A stretch of 64,000 nt of DNA, taken from Spirochaetota bacterium (GTDB taxonomy: Bacteria; Spirochaetota; UBA4802; UBA5550). The position numbers and the translations under genes are program-made. Position 1 is the first letter of the stretch. The number at the start of each line of letters is the position of its first letter. Location: the NCBI GenBank assembly GCA_036745755.1, contig DAIOFM010000001.1, positions 13,796 to 77,795 on the forward strand, read 5' to 3'. Below, in pieces: positions 28,077-37,597 of this stretch. The notes under the pieces are model-generated. The model saw nothing but the letters and a program-made list of their open reading frames with translations. It was not told where the DNA came from and did not search any database.

Positions 28077-30836
28077 TCAACTGTTTACACCTATAAATTC
28101 CTTCAGCTCTTTCATAGGTATAGGCCGGCTTATCAGATAACCCTGGGCAATATCACACCCGGAATTTTTCAAAAATTCAAGCTGCGACTCCTTCTCAACG
28201 CCTTCAGCTACAACTTCGATCCCCACCCTGCGGGACATCGCAATTATCGATTCAGTAATATGGGCGTCATTCCTGTTGTTATCCAGTTCCCGGATAAAAC
28301 TGGCATCAATTTTAAGAGTATGAATCGGCAGGTTTTTTAACTGGGAAAGGGAGGAGTAACCTGTACCGAAATCATCCAGTGTAATTGAGATCCCGGTTTC
28401 AAGAAGCATATACAGAATAGCCCTGCTCGCCTCTATATCTCTCATGATTGAAGTTTCAGTTATCTCAAGTTCAAACCATTCCGGCCTGAAGTTATATCTG
28501 GAAAGGGCATTGCTGATTACATCAGGAAGCCCCTTATAATGAAGGGACTTTGCTGAACAGTTAAGTGCAAGCCTGAGAGAAACCATCCCTGAATTAATTA
28601 GCTCCCCTGCCTCCCTCAGTGCCTTATGCATTACCAGGCGGTCAATTTCCGATATAAGGCCTATCTCCTCGGCAAGAGGTATAAATTCACCCGGGCTTAC
28701 TATCCCGTGGGCATGTTTCCACCTCACCAGCCCCTCCATACCCATAATGCTGCCGCTTCTTATATCCAGCTTGGGCTGATAATAAACTTCGAAATTTGAA
28801 TCATTAATGGCCTGCCTTAATTCATTCTCCAGTTTAAGCTTTCTGGCCACGCTTTCGTTAAGGGAGGGCTTGAAAAGAGCAAAGGTCTGCCTCCCCTCGT
28901 CCTTTGCCCTGTACATCGCAGCGTCCGCGTTCTTTATCAGGCTGTCAGACTCCTCGCCATCCTCGGGATACATTGCAATACCGATACTGGCCCCGACATG
29001 AAGGTTATTCCCCTTTATCTGGAAGGGTTCCCTGAATGCCTGAATAATCCTCCTTGAAAGAACAACCGAGGGTTTCTCATCGGAAATGTCCTCCACAAGA
29101 ATTATGAACTCATCCCCGCCAAGCCGGGCAACGGTATCGTCATTTCTTGCAAGACGCCTCAGCCTGTCAGCCGCGTCTTTAAGAAGGATGTCCCCCACAG
29201 CATGCCCGAGGCTGTCGTTTATAACCTTGAAATTATCGAGATCGAGAAAAATCACACCAAACCTGTTTTTATGCCTTGCTGAATGGGCTATCGCCTTATC
29301 GATCCTGCTTTTGAGAAGAATCCTGTTGGGAAGACCGGTAAGGGCGTCATGATATGCCTGGTATTTAATCAGCTCCTCCTGCCTTTTGATATCGCTTATA
29401 TCATGGAAAATGCCGACAAAATGCGTAATCTTTCCGGAAAGGTCCCTGATTGCGCTGATCGAAAGCCATTCAGGATAGGCCTTCCCGTCCTTATGCCTGT
29501 TCCATATTTCACTGGACCAGTGCCCTGTTGCAAGAAGGGCCTTCCACATCCCGTCAAAATAGAAGGAGTCGTGAAGGTCGGATTTCAATATCCTCGGGTT
29601 CTCCCCTTTGACCTCATCCTGAGTATATCCTGTAATACTTGTAAATGCCGGGTTTACGCTTAAAATTTTTGACTCCGCATCTGTTATAATTATTCCTTCC
29701 AGTGAGTACTCAAATATCTGGCGCATCAGTACCAGCTCCAGGTTAACGGTTGTCAGAGCCGATGTTCTCTCAGCAACCTTGACCTCAAGACTGCTGTTCG
29801 CTTTTACAAGCATATCAAGAATTGAATTAAAAGAACTCCCCAGTATCTGGAATTCATCGGTATTACCACCGGGAAGTCTCTTTGTAAAATCCCGGTTTCT
29901 TGTAATCTCGTCAGCCCGGAATGTGAGAAGCTCCATCGGGTTTAATACACTCTTTTTGAGAAAGAGAATAACAAGAACAACAAGGATAATTGATAAAGCG
30001 GCAACAAGGAGGAGAGTGAATTTAACGGTCTGAACCCCTATCCCTTTCATGTCCCGATGATGATTAAGGAGAGTCAATGCTACGGGATTCCCGCAAAGAT
30101 CTTTAATAACTGAATATATCTTTATAACGTCCCTTTCTATTTCATATGAATATTTTATTTTACCGTCCCGTTTATTGTCAGGATAATCAGTAAATGAAAT
30201 ACCCGCTTGTTCAGGGGAAAAAATAGCAATATTAACTTTAAGCATAGATGAAATCCTCGCGACTTCATCACTGCTTAAAAACCTTCCCATAATTATTTTT
30301 CCATCAGGAGGGGCCTTCATAATACTGTCACTAACAGGCCTTGATGAAAGCATAATGTAACCGAGATATGTACTGACTATTCCCTTCTCCACTTTCAGAT
30401 CTTTCTGCGAAAAAATTATACTGTTCATTGCAGTACCCTCTGCAGAAAGCCTGTTAAAATCGGCACTTTTATAATTATCAGGATTATAAATTGCCTTATA
30501 GATTATTTTTCCTTTAAGATTAACAAGACATATCAGATGAACCCTCTGTGTTTTCAGATAGGGAACGTTGAAATTGTCCCGCACATAACCCTTATCATAT
30601 CTTTTTACAAAATTATATGTATCATCCCAGAAGGCGTAATCCTTACAGTAACTGTCAACCGCTTCAATCTCCCTGTGCAGAACACCCAGGACTCTTTCCA
30701 TATCCTTTTCAGCATTCTGAATTTCGGTCTCCCTGAATTTCATGTTAATATACACCCATAACAGGGATGACATGAGAAACATCCCGGCCAGCATCAATAG
30801 CGAAATAGAGAGGAGTGTTTTTTTCGTAAGGCTCAT
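28077..30836 (-). CDS. CHASE4-HAMP-PAS-GGDEF-EAL signalling protein
   Basis: Periplasmic YAFWDDTYNFV (CHASE4-like), PAS. I-site RNDD 5 aa before RLGGDEF. EAL-domain motifs YYQPK, EGLVRW, ELEITE, DDFGTGYSS, KIDASF, AEGVE, QGY. Confidence 0.9.
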   Translation of the reverse strand: MSLTKKTLLSISLLMLAGMFLMSSLLWVYINMKFRETEIQNAEKDMERVLGVLHREIEAVDSYCKDYAFWDDTYNFVKRYDKGYVRDNFNVPYLKTQRVHLICLVNLKGKIIYKAIYNPDNYKSADFNRLSAEGTAMNSIIFSQKDLKVEKGIVSTYLGYIMLSSRPVSDSIMKAPPDGKIIMGRFLSSDEVARISSMLKVNIAIFSPEQAGISFTDYPDNKRDGKIKYSYEIERDVIKIYSVIKDLCGNPVALTLLNHHRDMKGIGVQTVKFTLLLVAALSIILVVLVILFLKKSVLNPMELLTFRADEITRNRDFTKRLPGGNTDEFQILGSSFNSILDMLVKANSSLEVKVAERTSALTTVNLELVLMRQIFEYSLEGIIITDAESKILSVNPAFTSITGYTQDEVKGENPRILKSDLHDSFYFDGMWKALLATGHWSSEIWNRHKDGKAYPEWLSISAIRDLSGKITHFVGIFHDISDIKRQEELIKYQAYHDALTGLPNRILLKSRIDKAIAHSARHKNRFGVIFLDLDNFKVINDSLGHAVGDILLKDAADRLRRLARNDDTVARLGGDEFIILVEDISDEKPSVVLSRRIIQAFREPFQIKGNNLHVGASIGIAMYPEDGEESDSLIKNADAAMYRAKDEGRQTFALFKPSLNESVARKLKLENELRQAINDSNFEVYYQPKLDIRSGSIMGMEGLVRWKHAHGIVSPGEFIPLAEEIGLISEIDRLVMHKALREAGELINSGMVSLRLALNCSAKSLHYKGLPDVISNALSRYNFRPEWFELEITETSIMRDIEASRAILYMLLETGISITLDDFGTGYSSLSQLKNLPIHTLKIDASFIRELDNNRNDAHITESIIAMSRRVGIEVVAEGVEKESQLEFLKNSGCDIAQGYLISRPIPMKELKEFIGVNS

Positions 30837-31168
30837 TTCATTAATTCCCTGTTTAACCGGCCTGTAATTCAGGCTTAGTCAATCTAATCTGATAAATAAA
30901 ACTTAATGCTGTTGAAGCCCAATTTCAATCAGCAGAAGAGTGAAAACAGCAAAAAACCTGATATTACTCCGACCGACTTCAAGGTCAGAATAAAGCCCTT
31001 CAGAGGGACGAACCTGTACATTCCGGCAGAAGTACCAGTTTTTTACTGATCCGGCGATCACAGACCTTTTCTGCAACTTGCTTCAGTTTAAAAACGGTAA
31101 TATTAATTTCTTGAAAAATTATTTAATATAATAGGCAATAACACAAGACCTGAATAACAGGAGCACCG

Positions 31169-31366
31169 ATGTCTGAAAAAAAGAAACCTGTGTTTGCATT
31201 CACCAGGAACAGCCCATACATGATAATTGACCTTGAAAAGATGGAAGACAGAAAAGGTAAGCCGCTGACACTACAGCCCGTTACCATGCTCTGCAGATAC
31301 GGATTCTCGAAAAACAAACCGTTCTGTGACGGAAAACACCTGAGGAACAGATTTTCAGATGCATAA
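31169..31366 (+). CDS. CDGSH-type iron-sulfur-domain-like small protein (one Cys ligand replaced)
   Basis: LCRYGFSKNKPFCDGKH versus canonical C-x-C-x2-S-x3-P-x-C-D-G-x-H. SD AGGAG. 8-nt overlap with ccmA. Confidence 0.68.
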   Translation: MSEKKKPVFAFTRNSPYMIIDLEKMEDRKGKPLTLQPVTMLCRYGFSKNKPFCDGKHLRNRFSDA

Positions 31367-31982
31367 TAAATATTCACTCAATGTAAACAAAATATCAAAA
31401 CGGTTCGGAAGGCAGCTCCTGTTCAGGGACATCTCCTTTTCTCTCGTAACAGGGGACTCTTTTTTTATAACAGGGCCGAACGGTTCGGGTAAATCAACGA
31501 TGCTCCAGATAGTTGCCGGCCTGCAGAAGAGCACCTCCGGGGACGTCTCCTTTTTCATGGATGAAAAAAAGATACCGGAAGATGAAAGGTTCAGGCACTT
31601 CGGATTCGCAAGCCCGGCAATGAACCCATATGATACTCTTACAGCCGTTGAAAATATAATGTTCGCCTCATCCGGCATAAAAAAAGAAAGCATAGATGAG
31701 ATGCTCAACCTCTTCGGCCTTTACCCCCACAGGGAAAAGCATGTGGGCATATACTCATCAGGAATGAAACAGAGACTCCGAATAATACTCTCAATGATCA
31801 ATTCGCCGGGGATTCTCCTTCTTGATGAACCATCAAGCAACCTGGACTCAGAGGGGAAGGATATAGTCTTCTCTGCAATCGAAAAGCTAAGGGAGAAAAC
31901 CCTGGTTATAATCGCCACGAATGAACATGATGAAATGAAACTTTGCCATAAGGGGATAGACATTGCAGAGCAGAATTATTAA
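31359..31982 (+). CDS. ccmA: Haem exporter ABC ATPase CcmA
   Basis: Walker A GPNGSGKST, signature SSGMKQRL, Walker B LLLDEP. Position ahead of ccmBC. Confidence 0.85.
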   Translation: MHNKYSLNVNKISKRFGRQLLFRDISFSLVTGDSFFITGPNGSGKSTMLQIVAGLQKSTSGDVSFFMDEKKIPEDERFRHFGFASPAMNPYDTLTAVENIMFASSGIKKESIDEMLNLFGLYPHREKHVGIYSSGMKQRLRIILSMINSPGILLLDEPSSNLDSEGKDIVFSAIEKLREKTLVIIATNEHDEMKLCHKGIDIAEQNY

Positions 31983-32625
31983 AAACCTGAGAAAAGATTT
32001 TCTCATTGAGTTCAGAAACAGGTCGGCCCTGAACATAAGCTTCGCCTTCGCAGGGATAACAACCCTTTCTGTCAGCCTTGCATGCGGCGGCGCTTCACTC
32101 TCCTCCCAGGTCAATGCCGTGCTTCTCTGGGTTATAATTTTTTTCAGCGGTATGAGCGGACTCTCTCACATCTTCATAAGGGAGGAGGAGGAGAAGACAG
32201 CTCTTTTCCTCTCGCTATGTTCAGACCCGGAAAACATATACCTGTCCAAACTGCTCTTTAATATTATACTGTTCGCCTGCATTACAGCCCTTGTTACCCC
32301 TCTCTATCTTTTCTTCATGCAGGTGGTACCTGTGTACATACTATATTTTATATCCACTGTTGCAGCCGGAAGCCTTGCTGTATCATCAATAACAACAATC
32401 CTGGGCGCCATGGTGGCTAAAGCTGAATCACGGGGTTCTCTTTTCACTGTGATCTCATTCCCTGTGATGATACCCGTTCTCTGGATCTCAATTAAACTGA
32501 CAGCTGACTCAATCGAAGGAGGAGCCCCGCCGGAAGTGAGGAGCATCCTTTTTTTACTTGCCTTTTCCGGAGTTATAATATCAGTCTCTTATCTCGTTTT
32601 TAAATTCATCTGGACGGAAAACTGA
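31963..32625 (+). CDS. ccmB: Haem exporter permease CcmB
   Basis: About 220 aa with 6 TM, between ccmA and ccmC. TTG start overlapping the ccmA end. Confidence 0.78.
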   Translation: MQSRIIKNLRKDFLIEFRNRSALNISFAFAGITTLSVSLACGGASLSSQVNAVLLWVIIFFSGMSGLSHIFIREEEEKTALFLSLCSDPENIYLSKLLFNIILFACITALVTPLYLFFMQVVPVYILYFISTVAAGSLAVSSITTILGAMVAKAESRGSLFTVISFPVMIPVLWISIKLTADSIEGGAPPEVRSILFLLAFSGVIISVSYLVFKFIWTEN

Positions 32626-33291
32626 ATGAACATATACAGGCTTGTTTTTATCTTCATGCCGGTTGTAATATACATGGCTTTAATATGGGCCCCTCCTGCG
32701 GCGATACTCGGTGACGCAAGCAGGATTCTCTATTTTCATGTTCCTGTTGCGTGGGTCTCCATTGTTGCATTCCTTGTCGCCGGCATAAATTCCATCATTC
32801 TCCTTGTTTCAGAAAAGAACAGGAGGGAGAGGGAGTTCATGGCTCACAACTCCGCTGTTGCGGGCATGGTCTTCATAATACTTGCACTGATAACAGGTTC
32901 AATCTGGGCTAAGCTCAGCTGGGGGAGCTACTGGAACTGGGACCCCAGGGAGACATCCATCGTTATTCTGATGCTCATATATATTGCTTACCTGAGCCTG
33001 TACTCATCCCTAAAAGATAACCCTAACAGGGGAAGCATAAGCGCCGTATATCTTATAATCGCAATGATAACAATGCCTTTCCTGGTTTTTATCATTCCCA
33101 GGATATACCCCTCCCTCCATCCCGATACGATTATCAACCAGGAGAGAAAAATACACCTTGAAGCTGCAATGAGGATAACCCTTTTCGCCTCAATTGTAAC
33201 ATTTACTCTCCTTTACGGCTATATATATAGACTGATGAACAGAATCAGCGCCCTCGAAATTAAAGCGGAGGAAAAACATTATGACATCTAA
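32626..33291 (+). CDS. ccmC: Haem exporter/haem lyase-family protein CcmC
   Basis: WWD motif WGSYWNWDPRETS; flanking His-containing loops. Confidence 0.9.
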   Translation: MNIYRLVFIFMPVVIYMALIWAPPAAILGDASRILYFHVPVAWVSIVAFLVAGINSIILLVSEKNRREREFMAHNSAVAGMVFIILALITGSIWAKLSWGSYWNWDPRETSIVILMLIYIAYLSLYSSLKDNPNRGSISAVYLIIAMITMPFLVFIIPRIYPSLHPDTIINQERKIHLEAAMRITLFASIVTFTLLYGYIYRLMNRISALEIKAEEKHYDI

Positions 33292-33406
33292 TCCACTCAT
33301 GACACTCATGACAGTGGTTATGATTATATGGATCGGCCTTGCCCTTTTTCTCTACAGGCTCGACAGGAGAGTATCAAAAATCGAGGAGGAGATGAATGAA
33401 CCGTAA
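33281..33406 (+). CDS. ccmD: CcmD-like small membrane protein (41 aa; below the ORF-track cutoff)
   Basis: MTSNPLMTLMTVVMIIWIGLALFLYRLDRRVSKIEEEMNEP: one TM plus a charged tail. Overlaps the ccmC stop and the ccmE start, at the position expected for ccmD. Confidence 0.55.
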   Translation: MTSNPLMTLMTVVMIIWIGLALFLYRLDRRVSKIEEEMNEP

Positions 33407-33773
33407 AAAGATAATAGTCTTTGTCTCCGCAGTTGTACTCCTCACGGCATCTGTAATCCTTATGAGCGACGACCTCTTCTCCCCCTATGTCTCCTTTGCA
33501 TACGCGGAAAAACATCCGGGCAAATATGTGCAGATTATAGGTAAGAGGGCAAAAACAGACGCGGTCATTCATGATGAAAAAGGTTACTCCTTCTCAATAA
33601 CAGACGATTCAGGCGCGGAGCTCAAAGTATATCACGCCGGAGTAAAACCGCTTAACTTTGAACATACTGAAAAGATCGTAGCTCTTGGAAAATTTTCAGG
33701 CGAAAATTCAATTTTCATGGCTGACAAGATACTGGTCAAATGCCCTTCAAAATACGAAAAGGAGGGGAAATAA
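33396..33773 (+). CDS. ccmE: Haem chaperone CcmE, CXXXY variant
   Basis: N-terminal anchor and OB-fold-length body. C-terminal KCPSKYE (nt 33741-33755) in place of the canonical His motif. Confidence 0.85.
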   Translation: MNRKKIIVFVSAVVLLTASVILMSDDLFSPYVSFAYAEKHPGKYVQIIGKRAKTDAVIHDEKGYSFSITDDSGAELKVYHAGVKPLNFEHTEKIVALGKFSGENSIFMADKILVKCPSKYEKEGK

Positions 33774-33774
33774 C

Positions 33775-35949
33775 ATGAATACAGGGAGCATACTGCTCAT
33801 AGCATCACTGATTCTTTCGATTGCCTCACTCTTTTTATTATGGAGAGAAAGGGAGGGTCAGGAGGCCCCATTAATTACCGCCGGAAGAATCTATTACATA
33901 TCAGGAGCTCTTATATTTTTCGCTGTTCTGCTCCTCCTCAGCTCATTCATTAACAACGAATTTCAGTACGCCTACGTCTTTAACAACAGTGAAAGATCAA
34001 TGGGTCTTATGTATAAAATCGCGGGCCTCTGGGCCGGGAACGAGGGGAGTTTTCTCATCTGGCTCATGTTACTGAATTTCTGCGGCCTTATTCTTGTTTA
34101 TAAAAAGGACAAATCTGAAATACCTGTACTTGGAGCAGTTATACTGACCCAGATATTTATACTTGTTGTCCTTCTGATAAAAAACCCGTTCACCTTTGTA
34201 TGGGATTATTTCCCCGGAGATATCGCCCCGGGAGAGATTCCAGGAGAAGGGTCCGGAATGAACCCTCTACTTATGGATCCCTGGATGGTGGTGCACCCCC
34301 CGGTACTTTTTTTAGGATACGCTTCATCAACTGTTATTTTCGGCTACGCCATTGCTGCATTAATCAGCAGAAAGTATGATGAATGGATCAGACCGGCCTA
34401 TCCCTGGCTTCTTTTCAGTTCACTCACTCTCGGCATCGGGATATTCATGGGCGGCTACTGGGCCTATAAGGTTCTCGGCTGGGGGGGATACTGGGGCTGG
34501 GATCCAGTTGAAAACTCCTCTCTTATACCATGGCTTGTTTCAGTTGCACTTCTGCATGGATTAATTCTGCAGAAAAGAAAATCAATGGTTAAAAGGGGAA
34601 ATATCGCCATGGCCCTGGCGTATTTCATACTTGTCATATACAGCACGTTTCTCACCAGAAGCGGTGTGCTTGCTGATTTTTCTGTTCACTCCTTCGGGAG
34701 ATCGGATGTTACCCTCTATCTTATCGCCGGGATTGCCGCTTTTCTCGGAATATCTCTTTACCTTTTTATTAAAAGGTTCAGGGAAATCACCAGCAAAGAA
34801 GATGACTCCGGATTCTTCTCCTTTGAAACAATTCTTGCTTACGGAATTATCACCCTTGTAATATATGCCCTGATAATCTTTTTCGGCACTTCGCTCCCTT
34901 TATTTTCAGGAATGATGGAAAATCCCCTCTCTGTAACAGAAAAATTCTACAACAACCTGTCGATCCCCTTCGGGCTGATTATACTCGGTTTCATCATAAC
35001 CTACATGTTTATATTAAGAAAATTCAGGCTGACCGAAATTTTAATCTGCGCCGCATTCGCGGTAACAGCAGGATTACTGATAAACATATTCTTTGAATTT
35101 TACCCGGTAGCGTATATTTTTACACTTCCATCTTTTTTTCTGATCTCTCAGATATCCCTCCATCTTTACAGAAACAGAAAACCTGCGGCCTTCCAGTCAG
35201 GCCTTGCCCATCTCGGTATAGCGGTTTTCATAATAGGAGTGATAACATCCGGATTCTATTCATGGACAGAGCAGAAAAAAATCATAACCGGAAAGAGCTC
35301 TGCCGCAGGCCCTGTCAGCATAACCCTGAAAGGTTTCACCGATGGTGAAAAATCCACTGTAGACGCCCTTATTCATAAAGGCAACCGAAGTACTGATGCC
35401 TCAATGTATTACTACATTGACAGTAAAACCCGGTCCCTTTACAGGGAACCCTTTATAATGACCGGAATTGCCGGGGACATCTACATAACACCGCAGCAGT
35501 ATAATTTTTCCTCAGTAAACTACAGCACGGCACTCCTTCATGAGAAAGAGGAAAAAATGGTAAGCGGACTCCCTGTTAAATTCAACGGATTCATCACTAA
35601 CAACATGGGTGCCCAGGGGATGATTATAAGGGCTGATATTCTCATTCAGGGGATGAAATACTTCCCTGCTGTAAGATTCAGCAAAGGGGAAAGCGAGCAG
35701 ATAACACAGAATGTAAACGGCAGCCGTCTTCTAAGAATTGAGGGGATCGATGCTACACACAAAGTGGTGAAAATCTACCTTGAGCCGGAAAAGGGTTCTG
35801 TTGTTCCTCCCGATTTCGCCATATTCGATATATCGATGAAGAGGTTTATCTGGGTGGTATGGCTTGGCACGCTTCTTATGTCAGCCGGTTTTACAATTGC
35901 AATGGTAAGGGGATTAAAAAAAAGAAAGGCGGAGATTAAGACAGATTAA
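33775..35949 (+). CDS. ccmF: Cytochrome c haem lyase subunit CcmF
   Basis: WGGYWGWDPVENSS WWD motif and many TM helices. ATG 33775 follows AAGGAGGGG and the ccmE stop. Confidence 0.9.
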   Translation: MNTGSILLIASLILSIASLFLLWREREGQEAPLITAGRIYYISGALIFFAVLLLLSSFINNEFQYAYVFNNSERSMGLMYKIAGLWAGNEGSFLIWLMLLNFCGLILVYKKDKSEIPVLGAVILTQIFILVVLLIKNPFTFVWDYFPGDIAPGEIPGEGSGMNPLLMDPWMVVHPPVLFLGYASSTVIFGYAIAALISRKYDEWIRPAYPWLLFSSLTLGIGIFMGGYWAYKVLGWGGYWGWDPVENSSLIPWLVSVALLHGLILQKRKSMVKRGNIAMALAYFILVIYSTFLTRSGVLADFSVHSFGRSDVTLYLIAGIAAFLGISLYLFIKRFREITSKEDDSGFFSFETILAYGIITLVIYALIIFFGTSLPLFSGMMENPLSVTEKFYNNLSIPFGLIILGFIITYMFILRKFRLTEILICAAFAVTAGLLINIFFEFYPVAYIFTLPSFFLISQISLHLYRNRKPAAFQSGLAHLGIAVFIIGVITSGFYSWTEQKKIITGKSSAAGPVSITLKGFTDGEKSTVDALIHKGNRSTDASMYYYIDSKTRSLYREPFIMTGIAGDIYITPQQYNFSSVNYSTALLHEKEEKMVSGLPVKFNGFITNNMGAQGMIIRADILIQGMKYFPAVRFSKGESEQITQNVNGSRLLRIEGIDATHKVVKIYLEPEKGSVVPPDFAIFDISMKRFIWVVWLGTLLMSAGFTIAMVRGLKKRKAEIKTD

Positions 35950-36514
35950 CAGAAGCAGATTCGTGGCGGAGGAGTTTTTCCTTGATCTCCTCTCCCCCTG
36001 AAAAAAGACCCATGGAACCATCTGATCTTATCACCCTGTGACAGGGGATTATTACCGGGAACCTGTTCTTTGCCATCGTATTACCGGTAAAACGCCCCCC
36101 TCCGGGTATACCGCACCTGGCCGCAAGTTCACCGTAGGAGATCGTTTTCCCGGAACCGACTTTCACAAGCTCCCTGTATACATTGACTTCTTTTTCAGTA
36201 AAACCCTCCATATCAAGGACAATACTTCCAACCGGTGAAACCCCCTTCCTGACCATAATGTCTTTATAATTGAACCTGAAGATTACAGAAAACTTTTCGT
36301 CACTTTCGCCGCTGAAATAATTCTGAAGGTATTCTTTCATAAACTTTACCGGTGCAGAAGCCGGGGACTCCTCCGATACCCTGAAATTCCTCCCCCTGAA
36401 AAAACTTACCTCTTTCAGAAACAGATCATCAGAAACAATCCTGAACCTGAAACCGTTTATTTCGCAGAAATATTCATAAAGAAAGTCCCCGAAATAAATT
36501 TTATTTTTTTTCAT
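35936..36514 (-). CDS. ogt: Methylated-DNA-protein-cysteine methyltransferase
   Basis: Active site IIPCHRVI. Preceding YGELA…G helix-turn-helix region. Confidence 0.85.
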   Translation of the reverse strand: MKKNKIYFGDFLYEYFCEINGFRFRIVSDDLFLKEVSFFRGRNFRVSEESPASAPVKFMKEYLQNYFSGESDEKFSVIFRFNYKDIMVRKGVSPVGSIVLDMEGFTEKEVNVYRELVKVGSGKTISYGELAARCGIPGGGRFTGNTMAKNRFPVIIPCHRVIRSDGSMGLFSGGEEIKEKLLRHESASVNLS

Positions 36515-37442
36515 CCAGAATCTTCCTGATTACAACTTCATCTCTCGTAATCTGATCAACAAGCTCCTGAGCTGATGGAAATTTCATCTCGTCCCTTATC
36601 CTGTCATAAAATTCAAGGGAAAGGTTCTCACCGTAAAGATCCCCGTTGAAATCGAAAATATTGACCTCAATGGTTTTCTCCTTTCCGTCAAAAGTCGGCG
36701 TCATTCCTATATTGAGCATCCCCTTTCTCTCCTCACCTGAAGGGAAAAACACTTTCACCGCATAAACACCGCCTGCTGGAATAATCTTATCAGGATTATC
36801 CGGAAGAATATTCGCCGTGGGGAACCCGAGCTTCTTTCCTCCCCTGCCGGCACCGTTCACGACTTTACCTGAAAGAGTATATCTTCTGCCCAGGAGCTTT
36901 TCCACCTTCTCCATATTGCCGTTGTCAATTTCTTCCCTGAGCAGGGTGGATGAAATAATTTCACTGTCGCACGACTCCTCGCCGATCTGCGTAATCTCAA
37001 CGCCGGTCTCCTGAGACAGCCTGAGGAGGTAATCGATATTCCCCTCCCTGTTTTTGCCGAAAGCGTGGTCATAGCCTATAACAATCTCCCTGGCCTTCAG
37101 CCTCTCCACAAGGAGGCCGTTATAAAACTCATCAGCCGTCAGCTCTGAAAACTCTTTAGTAAATTCAAGCATTACTACATTGGCAACACCGAGCTCAAAT
37201 AACGCTTTCTGCTTCTCCTCCACGGTTGTTATCAGCCGGCACACGGAGCCGGGATGAATAACAGTTCTGGGATGATTCCTGAATGTAATAACAAAGGGCT
37301 CACCCTTATGCTCGGCACTCTTTTTCAGCAGGGTTGATATTATCTTTCCATGCCCCACATGCACACCGTCAAAATTGCCTATTGTAACAACAGGATTTTT
37401 AAACTGGCCCGTATTTTCCGGAATTTCTGTATATACTTTCAT
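36501..37442 (-). CDS. ribF: Bifunctional riboflavin kinase / FMN adenylyltransferase
   Basis: GNFDGVHVGH; C-terminal kinase GxGRGxxLGFPTAN and PTF…E. Confidence 0.92.
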   Translation of the reverse strand: MKVYTEIPENTGQFKNPVVTIGNFDGVHVGHGKIISTLLKKSAEHKGEPFVITFRNHPRTVIHPGSVCRLITTVEEKQKALFELGVANVVMLEFTKEFSELTADEFYNGLLVERLKAREIVIGYDHAFGKNREGNIDYLLRLSQETGVEITQIGEESCDSEIISSTLLREEIDNGNMEKVEKLLGRRYTLSGKVVNGAGRGGKKLGFPTANILPDNPDKIIPAGGVYAVKVFFPSGEERKGMLNIGMTPTFDGKEKTIEVNIFDFNGDLYGENLSLEFYDRIRDEMKFPSAQELVDQITRDEVVIRKILDEKK

Positions 37443-37597
37443 ATAATTCTTTATAATTTAAAATTTATGTTCATTTGATTAACACCCCTCTCCTTTTCAA
37501 CGTTTTTTTATATTTATTTAATTTTGATAACCGGAACATTGATTTACCGCTGACCCTTCTGCCGATATTATTTAAAAGAGGGAGTTATAAACAGACT

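Noticed and set aside
31123-31377. 84-aa minus-strand ORF opposite the CDGSH-like gene.
   Set aside because: The plus-strand frame carries a recognisable CDGSH-like motif, an SD, and coupling to ccmA. The minus-strand ORF has none of these.
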